IMG/VR virus record: IMGVR_UViG_3300016667_000400 | Location: 1 to 25,071 of that record | Origin: a virus | Taxonomy: Duplodnaviria; Caudoviricetes | Length of the DNA stretch: 25,071 nucleotides | Strand: one strand, 5' to 3' | In this document: piece after piece, positions 8,281 to 17,196 of the stretch | Layout of the letters: each line of letters opens with the position of its first letter | Position numbering within the stretch: the stretch's first letter is position 1 | The notes under the pieces: model-generated | The model's input: only the letters and a program-made list of their open reading frames with translations | What the model was told of the DNA's origin: nothing | The model's database searches: none | Translations under genes and position numbers: made by a program

Positions 8281-8885
8281 TGTCTGTGTATAATTTTGCT
8301 CATTCTATAAACCCTAATTTGACTGAAGATTTTGCATATTGGGAAAATGGATTTACAGAATCTGAATTGCAACAAATTGTATCGTATGGTGAAAAACTTA
8401 TACCTAAAAAGGCGTCAATAACTGGAAAATCTCTAGAGGAAGATTTTAAAGAATTCAGAGAATCCCGTGTTTCTTGGATTCAATTAAACGAAGACACTCA
8501 TTGGTTATATGAGAAAATTGCATATATTGCAAGAAATTTAAATTCTCGTTTTTTTCAATTTGATCTTTCTGGTTTCGTCGAGGATTTTCAATATACAGTT
8601 TACGACGGTGATACGAGAGGTCACTATGACTGGCACGTAGATGCAATTAACAATAAAAATGCAAATTCTCCGAGAAAGCTTTCTATGGTTCTCCAATTAA
8701 GCGACCCAACAGAATATGAAGGAGGCGAATTTCAGTTAATGAACTCAAAAAATCCATTAATTTTGAAAAAAGAAAAGGGGTTTCTTGCTGCCTTTCCTTC
8801 TTATATGTTGCACAGAGTCACTCCAGTCACGAAGGGTACAAGGAAAACGCTAGTTATTTGGATATCTGGACCTCAGTTCAGATAA
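8280..8885 (+). CDS. 2OG-Fe(II) oxygenase (prolyl-4-hydroxylase/PKHD-type)
   Basis: YDWHVD (HxD), RKLSMVLQLS, YEGGEF, FPSYMLHRVTPVTKGTRKTLVIW (distal His, 2OG-binding Arg). ATG 8280 overlaps the upstream TAA (TAATG), so it is preferred over 8265. Confidence 0.93.
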   Translation: MSVYNFAHSINPNLTEDFAYWENGFTESELQQIVSYGEKLIPKKASITGKSLEEDFKEFRESRVSWIQLNEDTHWLYEKIAYIARNLNSRFFQFDLSGFVEDFQYTVYDGDTRGHYDWHVDAINNKNANSPRKLSMVLQLSDPTEYEGGEFQLMNSKNPLILKKEKGFLAAFPSYMLHRVTPVTKGTRKTLVIWISGPQFR

Positions 8886-8888
8886 ATA
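8881..8888 (+). promoter_or_regulatory. Probable late promoter GATAAATA
   Basis: ATAAATA box at a gene boundary, 5 nt before ATG 8894. Confidence 0.55.
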
Positions 8889-8893
8889 TTAAT

Positions 8894-9091
8894 ATGAATA
8901 TAAAAAGAATGCAAATTGTAATGGAGTGTTATGACAAATTACCAGAAGAACTAAGAATTTGGGTATCCAATCTACATTTTAGTTTACATGATGACCACAT
9001 TTTAAGAGGAACGCAAGAAGTCCAGCGATGTAAAGATTACATAGAAAACGGCGGACAAGAAATTTTCCTTCCGGGGAATGGGCAAAACTAA
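8894..9091 (+). CDS. Small hypothetical protein (65 aa; YDKLPEELRIW motif, possibly DUF6525-like)
   Basis: Fills the gap between the oxygenase and 9103; ATG 8894 follows the upstream stop. Family guess from the M-x-x-YDxLPxELRxW motif only. Confidence 0.6.
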   Translation: MNIKRMQIVMECYDKLPEELRIWVSNLHFSLHDDHILRGTQEVQRCKDYIENGGQEIFLPGNGQN

Positions 9092-9102
9092 AGGGAATAA
9101 AC

Positions 9103-9444
9103 ATGGAAAACTATACATACAGTATTAAATCTTTTGATGTCATAACGAATAGCATACTTGTAGAATACATTCCTTCAAATAATTCTCTAAGTTGTCATAC
9201 ATTTAATTTGACAGCTCCATCGGAAGATATTGTTGACATAGACGAATATATCAACAGATACGCGCCACAAGAACAATGGAAAATGGAAAAAAATCCAAAT
9301 TTAAAATTGATGGGATTGGTTGGCACAACAAAAATCATTGACGCATCAAAATATAGCGAATCGACAATAACTCCAGCAAAACAACTATATGAAGATATAA
9401 AACGACTGGAAGCAGAATTTCTGGCTGAATTTAAAAATAATTAA
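9103..9444 (+). CDS. Hypothetical protein (113 aa)
   Basis: AAGGGA RBS, tight packing; no catalytic motif recognised. Confidence 0.7.
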   Translation: MENYTYSIKSFDVITNSILVEYIPSNNSLSCHTFNLTAPSEDIVDIDEYINRYAPQEQWKMEKNPNLKLMGLVGTTKIIDASKYSESTITPAKQLYEDIKRLEAEFLAEFKNN

Positions 9445-9458
9445 TAATGGAGTAAAAT

Positions 9459-10016
9459 GTGGCGGTTGATAAATGTTATATGTTTAAACAATTTTTAAAT
9501 TTTGAAGATTTTACTATCAGTTATTTGCATGCTGAAAAAAAAGGTTCCGTTTGGTACGAAGGAACATCACCAGAATGGGCGGAACCTTACCCATATTCAG
9601 AAGGAGAACACGCTGAATATAATGTTTGGGATAATTGTATATTTCTTTTGATAAGCGGAAAAATGTCTACAGAATCAAGAAGACATCATTCCGTAAAATA
9701 CGTTGCTGGTCAAGGCATGCATATGACAAGAAGCAAGGGAAGATACAAGATAACAACACTAGAAAATAATACAGAAAGCGTTTGCATAACTCCGAACAAA
9801 AAAATAATATACCAAAGAAGCTTGGCCAGTTTAAATTCTGGGGAAAGTATTAAATTTCCTGTTGTTTCCAGCGAATCTTTTTGTTTCGTCGCTAAAGGAA
9901 AAGTGAAAATAAACGGTAAACAAACACAAGCATTTGACATGATTAAATATGAACCAAACGAAATTGTAGAAATAAACTGTATAGAACAGTGTTACGTATT
10001 AAGGATGTGGGAATGA
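9459..10016 (+). CDS. Cupin/pirin-like beta-barrel protein, paralog A
   Basis: GTG start with GGAG at 9449-9452. Two cupin-like strands (FLLISGKM; FVAKGKVKING). Colinear with 10800-11345. Confidence 0.65.
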   Translation: MAVDKCYMFKQFLNFEDFTISYLHAEKKGSVWYEGTSPEWAEPYPYSEGEHAEYNVWDNCIFLLISGKMSTESRRHHSVKYVAGQGMHMTRSKGRYKITTLENNTESVCITPNKKIIYQRSLASLNSGESIKFPVVSSESFCFVAKGKVKINGKQTQAFDMIKYEPNEIVEINCIEQCYVLRMWE

Positions 10017-10798
10017 AAAAAATAGTTGCATGGGCAGGAATTATTTTTGCTTGGTATGATGCTCTTATAGCATTGTTTCAAAATATTTTCATGCCTTACA
10101 CAAAAGGATCCGCGAAAAACGCTTTGATTATCTATACTGGAACAATGTGGCCAAATGGAATAAAATTTAAAGATGAAGTGATGTTAATGAATGATGGTGC
10201 AAAAATTATGAATGAACGTCGCTGTTTCCTTGAACAAAAATTAAAGGATCATGAATATTTAAAGTCTCTTCCTGAAAACACAATCGGCAAAATGTACTAT
10301 AATTTTATCGAACAAAATTTGATGTACGCCGAAAAAGATTTTGATTACCATAATGTAAAAAGACAGTTTTTTGCTACAAAAAGAGAAAGAACAAAGCGAA
10401 AACTTATAAAAATGGCATACTACAACAGAGTAAGATCAAGATCAACAATTAGATTTCTACAACAACTTGGAGTCCAACACGATTTGTATCATGCAATGTT
10501 ACGTTATGGTGCAAATTTTGACGGAGAAATTGGGGTCCACGGGTTTGCGTGGCATCATATGAAAATACCAGCAGTAAAATTAATTTTCATAACAGCAACA
10601 TTTGCCGAGTGCTTAAGAAGAAAAAACTTAAGCCCGTTTAAAGTTGCATTAGAAGCATATAAAAACGGAAAATCCGCAAAAACAAATTTGTTTTCAATTG
10701 ACTGGTTACAATATCTAGACAAGGATGTTGATGATGTTTACCGACAATTTAACATAAAGAAAAACGATTATTATTTGTCGATTTACAATAGAGGTTAA
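10013..10798 (+). CDS. Coq4-family (ubiquinone biosynthesis protein COQ4-like) metalloprotein
   Basis: HDLYH-x11-E at 10478-10528 is the Coq4 metal motif; also LKSLPENTIGKMYYNF upstream and AYKNGKSAK..LFSIDW..YLDKDVDDVYRQFNI at the C-terminus. ATG 10013 overlaps the upstream TGA (ATGA). Confidence 0.82.
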   Translation: MKKIVAWAGIIFAWYDALIALFQNIFMPYTKGSAKNALIIYTGTMWPNGIKFKDEVMLMNDGAKIMNERRCFLEQKLKDHEYLKSLPENTIGKMYYNFIEQNLMYAEKDFDYHNVKRQFFATKRERTKRKLIKMAYYNRVRSRSTIRFLQQLGVQHDLYHAMLRYGANFDGEIGVHGFAWHHMKIPAVKLIFITATFAECLRRKNLSPFKVALEAYKNGKSAKTNLFSIDWLQYLDKDVDDVYRQFNIKKNDYYLSIYNRG

Positions 10799-10799
10799 C

Positions 10800-11345
10800 A
10801 TGCCAGATCAAACAACATACATGTACAGACAAAATATTCAATATGCAGATTTTACTGCAAGTTATCTTTCTTCATTGAGACAAAATTCAATATGGTATAT
10901 GGAAGCTTCACCTGATTGGGTTCCGGCATATACAACATTAAACGATTATGAAGTTTATGATCATTTGATTTCTGTAGTTGTTAGTGGTTCTGTTTTATCA
11001 GAAAATTCTAAACATGAACCAAAAATACACGTTGGCGGTAGTCCAATAAACACTACAAGAAGCAAAACCGTATATAAGTGCACTTCTTTAGAAGACGATA
11101 CAACAATAATTAGTTTATTTCCAGAAAAAAATATTATTTACAACAGAGAATTATACAAATTTGAAACTGGTCAATCTTTTACTTTCCCGCTAAACCAAAA
11201 AGAAACTTATTTTTTCGTCGCTAAAGGCGTTGTTTCTATTAATGGAAACGAAAGAGGTCCATTTCATATGTTAAAATTTTCAGCTGGCGAAACATTGAAT
11301 CTAACATGTTCTGAAGCGTCATATGTGATTCGTATTTGGGAATAG
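10800..11345 (+). CDS. Cupin/pirin-like beta-barrel protein, paralog B
   Basis: Shares YM..Q..DFT.SYL...S.WY...SP.W, TRSK..YK.T.LE, IIY.R, FVAKG.V.ING and YV.R.WE with 9459-10016; GAGG RBS. Confidence 0.65.
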   Translation: MPDQTTYMYRQNIQYADFTASYLSSLRQNSIWYMEASPDWVPAYTTLNDYEVYDHLISVVVSGSVLSENSKHEPKIHVGGSPINTTRSKTVYKCTSLEDDTTIISLFPEKNIIYNRELYKFETGQSFTFPLNQKETYFFVAKGVVSINGNERGPFHMLKFSAGETLNLTCSEASYVIRIWE

Positions 11346-11351
11346 TAATTT

Positions 11352-12839
11352 ATGGATTATTATGATTGTGTGATTTTGTCTGGCGCGAGTCGATTATTCA
11401 ACCCACACAAAGATTTGATCTCATTGAGAAAGTATGACGAGGCTTTTAGTTTTTTCAGAAATCTTGGACCAACCAGACTTAGAACATTTCTTGAATCAAA
11501 AGGATATTCAGTAAGAGCGGTAGATTTTTGTGATTTCTATAGTAGGGAAACCATATTTTCAATATTAAATTCTCTTGTCAATAAAAAAACTAAAATATTG
11601 GGATTGTCCACTGTATATCTTCCGCAATCATTTTGGGACCAATATTCTGATATTTTTCTGCAAATAAAATCCAAGTTTCCAAATTTAAAGATAGTTCTTG
11701 GTGGACAATCTTCTATATTACCATTAGAATCAAACTACATTGATTTTTGTATTGCAGGTTACGCCGAAAATGCGCTGTTAGCATATCTTGATTATATCAA
11801 CGAAAAAACTAACAGCATAAAAATGTCAGGCGCAAATATAATCGATGGAAATGTTGATTATCCATACGAATCATCAAGCCTATTAAACATTTGGAAGCCA
11901 GAAGATTATATACAGCATTACGAGGCTTTACCAACTGAAGCTTCAAGGGGTTGTATATTTAAGTGTGCTTTTTGTAATTTCCCGATGAAGGGGAAAAAGA
12001 AACTAGATTATATAAGAAATTTCGACAATTTCAAAGAAGAACTTCTTAGAAACTATGAACTGTATGGAGTAACCAACTACGTTTTTGCAGACGACACATT
12101 TAACGATTCTACGCAAAAACTAGAACAAATAGCAAAATTGATTTCTTCTCTTCCATTCCAACTAAAGTGGTCTGGATATGTGAAACCTGAATTGTTGTGT
12201 ACATTCCCTGAACAAATAGATTTATTAATTGAAACTGGTTTGCTGGCGCCAAATTTTGGCATAGAAAGTTTCAACTATAAAACTAGAATGGCAGTAAAAA
12301 AGATGGGGGATATTAATCGGATTCTTGGTAAATTGAGAGAATTCAAAGAAAAGAGTAATAATACAATATACAACGGAATCAATATGATCGTTGGGTTACC
12401 GCATGAAACTGTTGATAGCTGTTATCAAAGCCAAGAATACATTATCAATTGTGATTTTATTGATGGAGCTTCTTGGTTTCCGTTGGCAATATCAGATAAA
12501 ACAACAACACCAAAAAGAAAACTTAGTCCAATAGATATTGACCCAGAAATGTATGGATACAAAACGAGGTTCAACAAACTAAACGGCACAATGTTCTGGA
12601 AAAACGAACATATGAACTTTTCCCAAGCAATCGATATAGCAAACAAATACAAGCTCGAGGGCTCTAATAAAAAATTTGTTCACTCTTTTCTCGTCCCAGG
12701 AGCACAAAATGTTGGGCTTGATATGACAGATAAAAAGTACATAGGGAAACTAAAAGTTACTGATGTTGATTATCTTGAGATGACGAACAACATGAAAACA
12801 ATCATCGATGGTTACTTGAAACGCATATTAAGTAGATAA
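11352..12839 (+). CDS. Cobalamin-binding-domain radical SAM protein (class B methyltransferase-like)
   Basis: EASRGCIFKCAFC (CxxxCxxC, 11952-11975); N-terminal B12-binding-type segment (LGPTRLRTFLESKGY...ILGLST...KIVLGG...GYAE); FADDTF, FGIES, IVGLPHET. Confidence 0.9.
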   Translation: MDYYDCVILSGASRLFNPHKDLISLRKYDEAFSFFRNLGPTRLRTFLESKGYSVRAVDFCDFYSRETIFSILNSLVNKKTKILGLSTVYLPQSFWDQYSDIFLQIKSKFPNLKIVLGGQSSILPLESNYIDFCIAGYAENALLAYLDYINEKTNSIKMSGANIIDGNVDYPYESSSLLNIWKPEDYIQHYEALPTEASRGCIFKCAFCNFPMKGKKKLDYIRNFDNFKEELLRNYELYGVTNYVFADDTFNDSTQKLEQIAKLISSLPFQLKWSGYVKPELLCTFPEQIDLLIETGLLAPNFGIESFNYKTRMAVKKMGDINRILGKLREFKEKSNNTIYNGINMIVGLPHETVDSCYQSQEYIINCDFIDGASWFPLAISDKTTTPKRKLSPIDIDPEMYGYKTRFNKLNGTMFWKNEHMNFSQAIDIANKYKLEGSNKKFVHSFLVPGAQNVGLDMTDKKYIGKLKVTDVDYLEMTNNMKTIIDGYLKRILSR

Positions 12840-12847
12840 TATAAATA
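12840..12847 (+). promoter_or_regulatory. T4-type late promoter TATAAATA
   Basis: Exact consensus, intergenic, upstream of gp13. Confidence 0.85.
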
Positions 12848-12870
12848 ATTAAAAATCTATAGGTGTATCC

Positions 12871-13614
12871 ATGGCAGTTCCTACTACAAGAGCAGAATTC
12901 AAAGAATATTGCCTACGCAAGCTAGGTAAACCAGTCATCGAAATCAACGTTGATGATGACCAAGTAGAAGATCGTATTGACGAAGCAATTAAGTATTATT
13001 GGGACTATCACTTTGACGGTTCTGAAAAGATTTATTACAAGCATCAAATTACTGATGCAGACAAAGCGAACAAATACATTACGCTGCCAGAAAATATTAT
13101 CGGAGCGGTTTCAATATTCCCAGTTTCTGATCCATCAATTGGTTCGCAAGATTTGTTCAATATACGTTATCAAATTGCTTTGAATGATCTTTACACTCTT
13201 ACATCCATTTCAATGGTACCATACTACATGGTAATGACTCATCTTGGAGTTATTTCTGAGATGCTTGTCGGTAAGCAAATGATCCGTTATACAAGACACA
13301 GAGATCGTCTTTATATTGATATTGACTGGGATAAAGTAAGCACAGGGGAATATTTCCTTGTTGAAGCCTATGAAGTTATTGACCCAGCAGAATATACTGA
13401 TGCATGGGGCGATCGTTGGTTATCAAGATATGCAACCGCTTTGATCAAAAAGCAATGGGGAACAAATTTAACCAAATTCACTGGTCTTCAGCTTCCAGGC
13501 GGAGTTCAATTCAACGGTGAAAAAATCTACAATGATGCTGTTGAAGAGATCGAGAAGATGGAACAAGAAATGATCAATAGTTATTCAATGCCAGTTATGG
13601 ATATGATCAACTAA
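12871..13614 (+). CDS. gp13: Neck protein gp13
   Basis: EYCLRKLGKPVIEINVDDDQVEDRIDEA...YHFDG; KKQWGTNLTKF.G.QLPGGVQFNG. Confidence 0.95.
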   Translation: MAVPTTRAEFKEYCLRKLGKPVIEINVDDDQVEDRIDEAIKYYWDYHFDGSEKIYYKHQITDADKANKYITLPENIIGAVSIFPVSDPSIGSQDLFNIRYQIALNDLYTLTSISMVPYYMVMTHLGVISEMLVGKQMIRYTRHRDRLYIDIDWDKVSTGEYFLVEAYEVIDPAEYTDAWGDRWLSRYATALIKKQWGTNLTKFTGLQLPGGVQFNGEKIYNDAVEEIEKMEQEMINSYSMPVMDMIN

Positions 13615-14348
13615 TGGCAACTTCCGTATATTTTAATAATTTTCAATCAAGTAATGAACAAGGTTTAATTGAAGATCTTGTAATTGAATCAATTCGCATA
13701 TATGGTCACGACGTTTATTATCTTCCTAGAACCTTATCAAATTTAGATGAAGTTTTCGGGCAATCTCCTGTTGCTGAATTTAATTCTAATTATTATCTTG
13801 AAATGTATATTAAGAATGTTGAAGGATTTGCTGGTGATGGCGACTTTATGTCCAAATTCAATTTGCAAATTAGAGATCAAATAACATTTACAGTTGCCAG
13901 AAGAACATTCTATAATGAAGTAACCAGAGAAAAAGAATCTATCATAAGACCACAGGAAGGTGATATCATTTACTTTCCTCTGAATAAAAAGTTATTCCAA
14001 ATTCAATTCGTAGAACACGAATCTGTATTTTACCAATTGGGCGCTTTACAAATGTGGGATATTCAGTGTGAACTGTTTGAATATTCTGGAGAAAGATTTA
14101 ACACTGGAATAGCTGACATTGATTCAATTGAAAGAAATTATTCTCTTGATATGGTAAGTTATTCTATCAAAACTTCTGATGGTAAAACACTCACAGACTT
14201 TGATGGGTTTCCTATCGTTCAATCTGGTTATGATATAGATACCCAAGCTGGAGATATTTTTGCTGACAATAGCGAGATTCAAACAGAAGGTGATAATTTC
14301 ATAGATTTTTCTGAGAAAGATCCATTCTCCGAGGGAGGAACATACTAA
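13614..14348 (+). CDS. gp14: Neck/head-completion protein gp14
   Basis: EQGLIEDLVIESIRIYGHDVYYLPR; RPQEGDIIYFP; FVEHESVFYQLG; DFSEKDPFSE. Confidence 0.95.
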   Translation: MATSVYFNNFQSSNEQGLIEDLVIESIRIYGHDVYYLPRTLSNLDEVFGQSPVAEFNSNYYLEMYIKNVEGFAGDGDFMSKFNLQIRDQITFTVARRTFYNEVTREKESIIRPQEGDIIYFPLNKKLFQIQFVEHESVFYQLGALQMWDIQCELFEYSGERFNTGIADIDSIERNYSLDMVSYSIKTSDGKTLTDFDGFPIVQSGYDIDTQAGDIFADNSEIQTEGDNFIDFSEKDPFSEGGTY

Positions 14349-15172
14349 TGTTCAATCAAACTTGGTATTATGGCACCATCAGAAAATACATCATATTGTT
14401 TGGAACTCTGTTCAACGACGTTTACATCAACAGAACAAATGCTGACGGCGAAACAGTTCAAACATTAAAGATTCCTTTGACATATGCTCCAAAAGAAAAG
14501 ATGTTGTCAAGGTTGCAAGGCGACCCAACACTAACACGCCCAGTAGCTATGCAATTACCAATTATGTCATTTGAAATAACTGGTATGGAATATGATCCAG
14601 CAAGAAAGTTGAACACGGTCAATAGATTTGCTTCTTTAACTTCTTCATCAAAAGACCAACAAAAATTTCAATACAACCCAGTCCCATACAACATATTCCT
14701 TAATTTGAATATTATGGTAAAGAACGCCGAAGATGGTAATAGAATCCTAGAACAGATACTTCCTTTCTTTACACCAGAGTGGACAACAACTCTAAACCTT
14801 GTTCCAGAACTTGACATCAAATATGACATCCCAGTAATTCTTGATTCTGTTGAAATGCAAGACGTTTATGATGGAAATTTTACAGAAAGAAGAACTCTTA
14901 TTTGGAATTTGAGTTTTGTTCTAAAAGGTTACATCTTTGGTCCAGTCAAGAAACAAAAAGTCATCAAAATTGCTACTACAAATTTCAAGGTACCAACCAC
15001 AAATACTATCGAGCAAGGTATCGGAAATACAGCAACTTTAGAATATTTGACTGTGAAACCAGGTTTACTGGCTAATGGTTTACCAACTTCAAATTCTTCA
15101 TTGAGTATTTCTGTTGACGGAATAACAGTTGACGATAATTATGGTTTCATAATTCAATTTGAAGAGGCTTAA
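14348..15172 (+). CDS. gp15: Tail sheath stabiliser/terminator gp15
   Basis: YYGTIRKYIILFGTLFND; IPLTYAPKEK; LPIMSFE; YDPARKLN; PVPYN; EQILPFFTP. Confidence 0.95.
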   Translation: MFNQTWYYGTIRKYIILFGTLFNDVYINRTNADGETVQTLKIPLTYAPKEKMLSRLQGDPTLTRPVAMQLPIMSFEITGMEYDPARKLNTVNRFASLTSSSKDQQKFQYNPVPYNIFLNLNIMVKNAEDGNRILEQILPFFTPEWTTTLNLVPELDIKYDIPVILDSVEMQDVYDGNFTERRTLIWNLSFVLKGYIFGPVKKQKVIKIATTNFKVPTTNTIEQGIGNTATLEYLTVKPGLLANGLPTSNSSLSISVDGITVDDNYGFIIQFEEA

Positions 15173-15173
15173 C

Positions 15174-15551
15174 ATGGATAATGACAAACTACAAAGAGCT
15201 CTTGATCTTGTACCAATCAGCAATGATATTGTAGCCTCTGTTCCTTCTCAAGCAGAAGAAGATTTTGATGTTGCAAGAGCAAATCTACACGGTATATTAA
15301 TGAACGGTCAAGAAGCATTGAACCGAATGGTTGAAATCGCTGATCAATCACAACATCCAAGAGCGTTTGAGGTTGTTGCAACCCTTATAAATTCATTGAC
15401 CCAAGCAAACAAAGACCTTTTGGAATTGAGCAAAAAGAAAAAAGATATTCTTGGTCAAGCAGAAGAAAAGAAAAACGTCACAAACAATCTTTTTGTTGGT
15501 TCTACAGCTGAATTACAGAAAATGTTAAAAAATATGAAGTCAGAAGAGTAA
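15174..15551 (+). CDS. gp16: Terminase small subunit gp16
   Basis: DFDVARANL; HPRAFEVVATLI; VTNNLFVGSTAELQKML. ATG 15174 with GAGG RBS is preferred over TTG 15159. Confidence 0.92.
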   Translation: MDNDKLQRALDLVPISNDIVASVPSQAEEDFDVARANLHGILMNGQEALNRMVEIADQSQHPRAFEVVATLINSLTQANKDLLELSKKKKDILGQAEEKKNVTNNLFVGSTAELQKMLKNMKSEE

Positions 15552-17134
15552 TGTCAGAAACCTATCTCGGTAATCCGAATTTAAAAAGAGCAAACGTACC
15601 TATAGAATGGAGTCCACTTGAACTATCTGAATATGTCAAGTGTTCCAAAGATCCAATTTACTTTATCAAAAACTACTGCAAAATCGTAAACGTTGATAAA
15701 GGTCTTGTGCACTTCCAACTTTGGGAGTTTCAAGAGGAAATGGTTCTTGCCTTCGAGGCAAATAGATACGTAATTTGTAAAATGCCCCGTCAGGTTGGTA
15801 AAACAACCACTGTGGCAGCTTACATGCTTTGGAAAATTCTCTTTACCGAGAACTTCAACGTAGCAATTCTAGCAAACAAGATGATGCAAGCGAGAGAAAT
15901 CCTTTCGCGCATTCAATTGATGTTCGAATATCTCCCAAAATACATGCAGATGGGCGTAAAAGAGTGGAACAAGGGTAATATTGAACTTGAAAATGGTTCA
16001 AAGATCCTTGCAGCCGCTACTTCTTCGTCCGCTGTTCGCGGTGGATCGTTTAATTTGATTTATCTTGACGAGTTTGCCTTCGTTCCTTCAAATATTCAGG
16101 AAGAATTCTTCGCATCAGTGTATCCAACGATTTCATCAGGTAAATCTTCGAAGGTTTTGATCACTTCAACACCAAATGGACTAAATTTGTTCTACAAAAT
16201 TTGGGTAGACTCTGAAGAAGGACGAAATAACTACGCCAGAGTCAATGTTCACTGGTCAAATGTTCCTGGAAGAGATGAAAAGTGGAAAGAAGAACAAGTC
16301 AGAAACACTTCTGAAGATCAATTTAGAGTTGAATTTGAGTGCGAGTTCCTTGGATCGTCAAATACACTAATTCATCCTTCAAAACTTAGAGCTTTGGTAT
16401 TTCATACACCAATATTGTCTCAGGATAATCTTAAGATCTATCATCAACCATCACAAAATGAATTATATACTATTGTGGTTGATACGTCAAGGGGTAATGG
16501 TGGTGATTACTCGGCTTTTGTGGTATTTAAATCAAAACCACCATATCAAGTATGTGCTGTTTATAAAAACAATATGATTTCGCCTCTACTCTACCCAAAT
16601 ATCATTTATGCTGCAGCCACTCACTATAATAATGCAATGGTGCTTGTTGAAACTAATGACATTGGACAACAGGTTGCGGATATTCTTCACCATGATCTAG
16701 AATATGAGTTTATTTTATTTACAACTAATAACGGACGAGACGGACAAACCCTCAGCGGAGGATTTAACGGTTCTCTTCATTTCGGCGTTCGCACAACAAA
16801 ACAAGTGAAAAGAATTGGTTGTGCTAATTTGAAAACTCTTGTAGAAAAAGATCAGTTGATATTGAATGATTATGACACAATACAAGAGTTATCAAGATTT
16901 TCTCAAAAGGGAAATTCTTATGAAGCTGAAGAAGGTCATGATGATTTAGTAATGTGTTGTGTGTTGTTTGCTTGGCTTACAGCACAACCTTATTTTAAGG
17001 AAGTAACAGATAGCGATATAAGAAAAGTGTTATATGAAGAAAATCAAAAAATGATTGACGATGAGGTTCTTCCATTCGGTGTATACGATGATGGTTTTGA
17101 GGATGAACCTAAGCCTTGGACTGTCTCCTTTTAG
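15551..17134 (+). CDS. gp17: Terminase large subunit gp17
   Basis: YLGNPNLK; Walker A KMPRQVGKTT; Walker B LIYLDEFAFV; ITSTPNG; nuclease VDTSRG.GGDYS and GHDDLVM. Confidence 0.98.
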   Translation: MSETYLGNPNLKRANVPIEWSPLELSEYVKCSKDPIYFIKNYCKIVNVDKGLVHFQLWEFQEEMVLAFEANRYVICKMPRQVGKTTTVAAYMLWKILFTENFNVAILANKMMQAREILSRIQLMFEYLPKYMQMGVKEWNKGNIELENGSKILAAATSSSAVRGGSFNLIYLDEFAFVPSNIQEEFFASVYPTISSGKSSKVLITSTPNGLNLFYKIWVDSEEGRNNYARVNVHWSNVPGRDEKWKEEQVRNTSEDQFRVEFECEFLGSSNTLIHPSKLRALVFHTPILSQDNLKIYHQPSQNELYTIVVDTSRGNGGDYSAFVVFKSKPPYQVCAVYKNNMISPLLYPNIIYAAATHYNNAMVLVETNDIGQQVADILHHDLEYEFILFTTNNGRDGQTLSGGFNGSLHFGVRTTKQVKRIGCANLKTLVEKDQLILNDYDTIQELSRFSQKGNSYEAEEGHDDLVMCCVLFAWLTAQPYFKEVTDSDIRKVLYEENQKMIDDEVLPFGVYDDGFEDEPKPWTVSF

Positions 17135-17150
17135 TCAAGCCTCTTAAAAT

Positions 17151-17158
17151 AATAAATA
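17151..17158 (+). promoter_or_regulatory. Late promoter AATAAATA upstream of gp18
   Basis: Intergenic ATAAATA box followed by AAGGAG RBS. Confidence 0.75.
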
Positions 17159-17196
17159 CAATTAAATCGGTTAACCCTACATCAAGGAGATAACAA

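Noticed and set aside
10013-12839. A complete ubiquinone biosynthesis operon
   Set aside because: Only a Coq4-like gene is present; no UbiA/UbiE/UbiG/UbiB-like genes are in the window.
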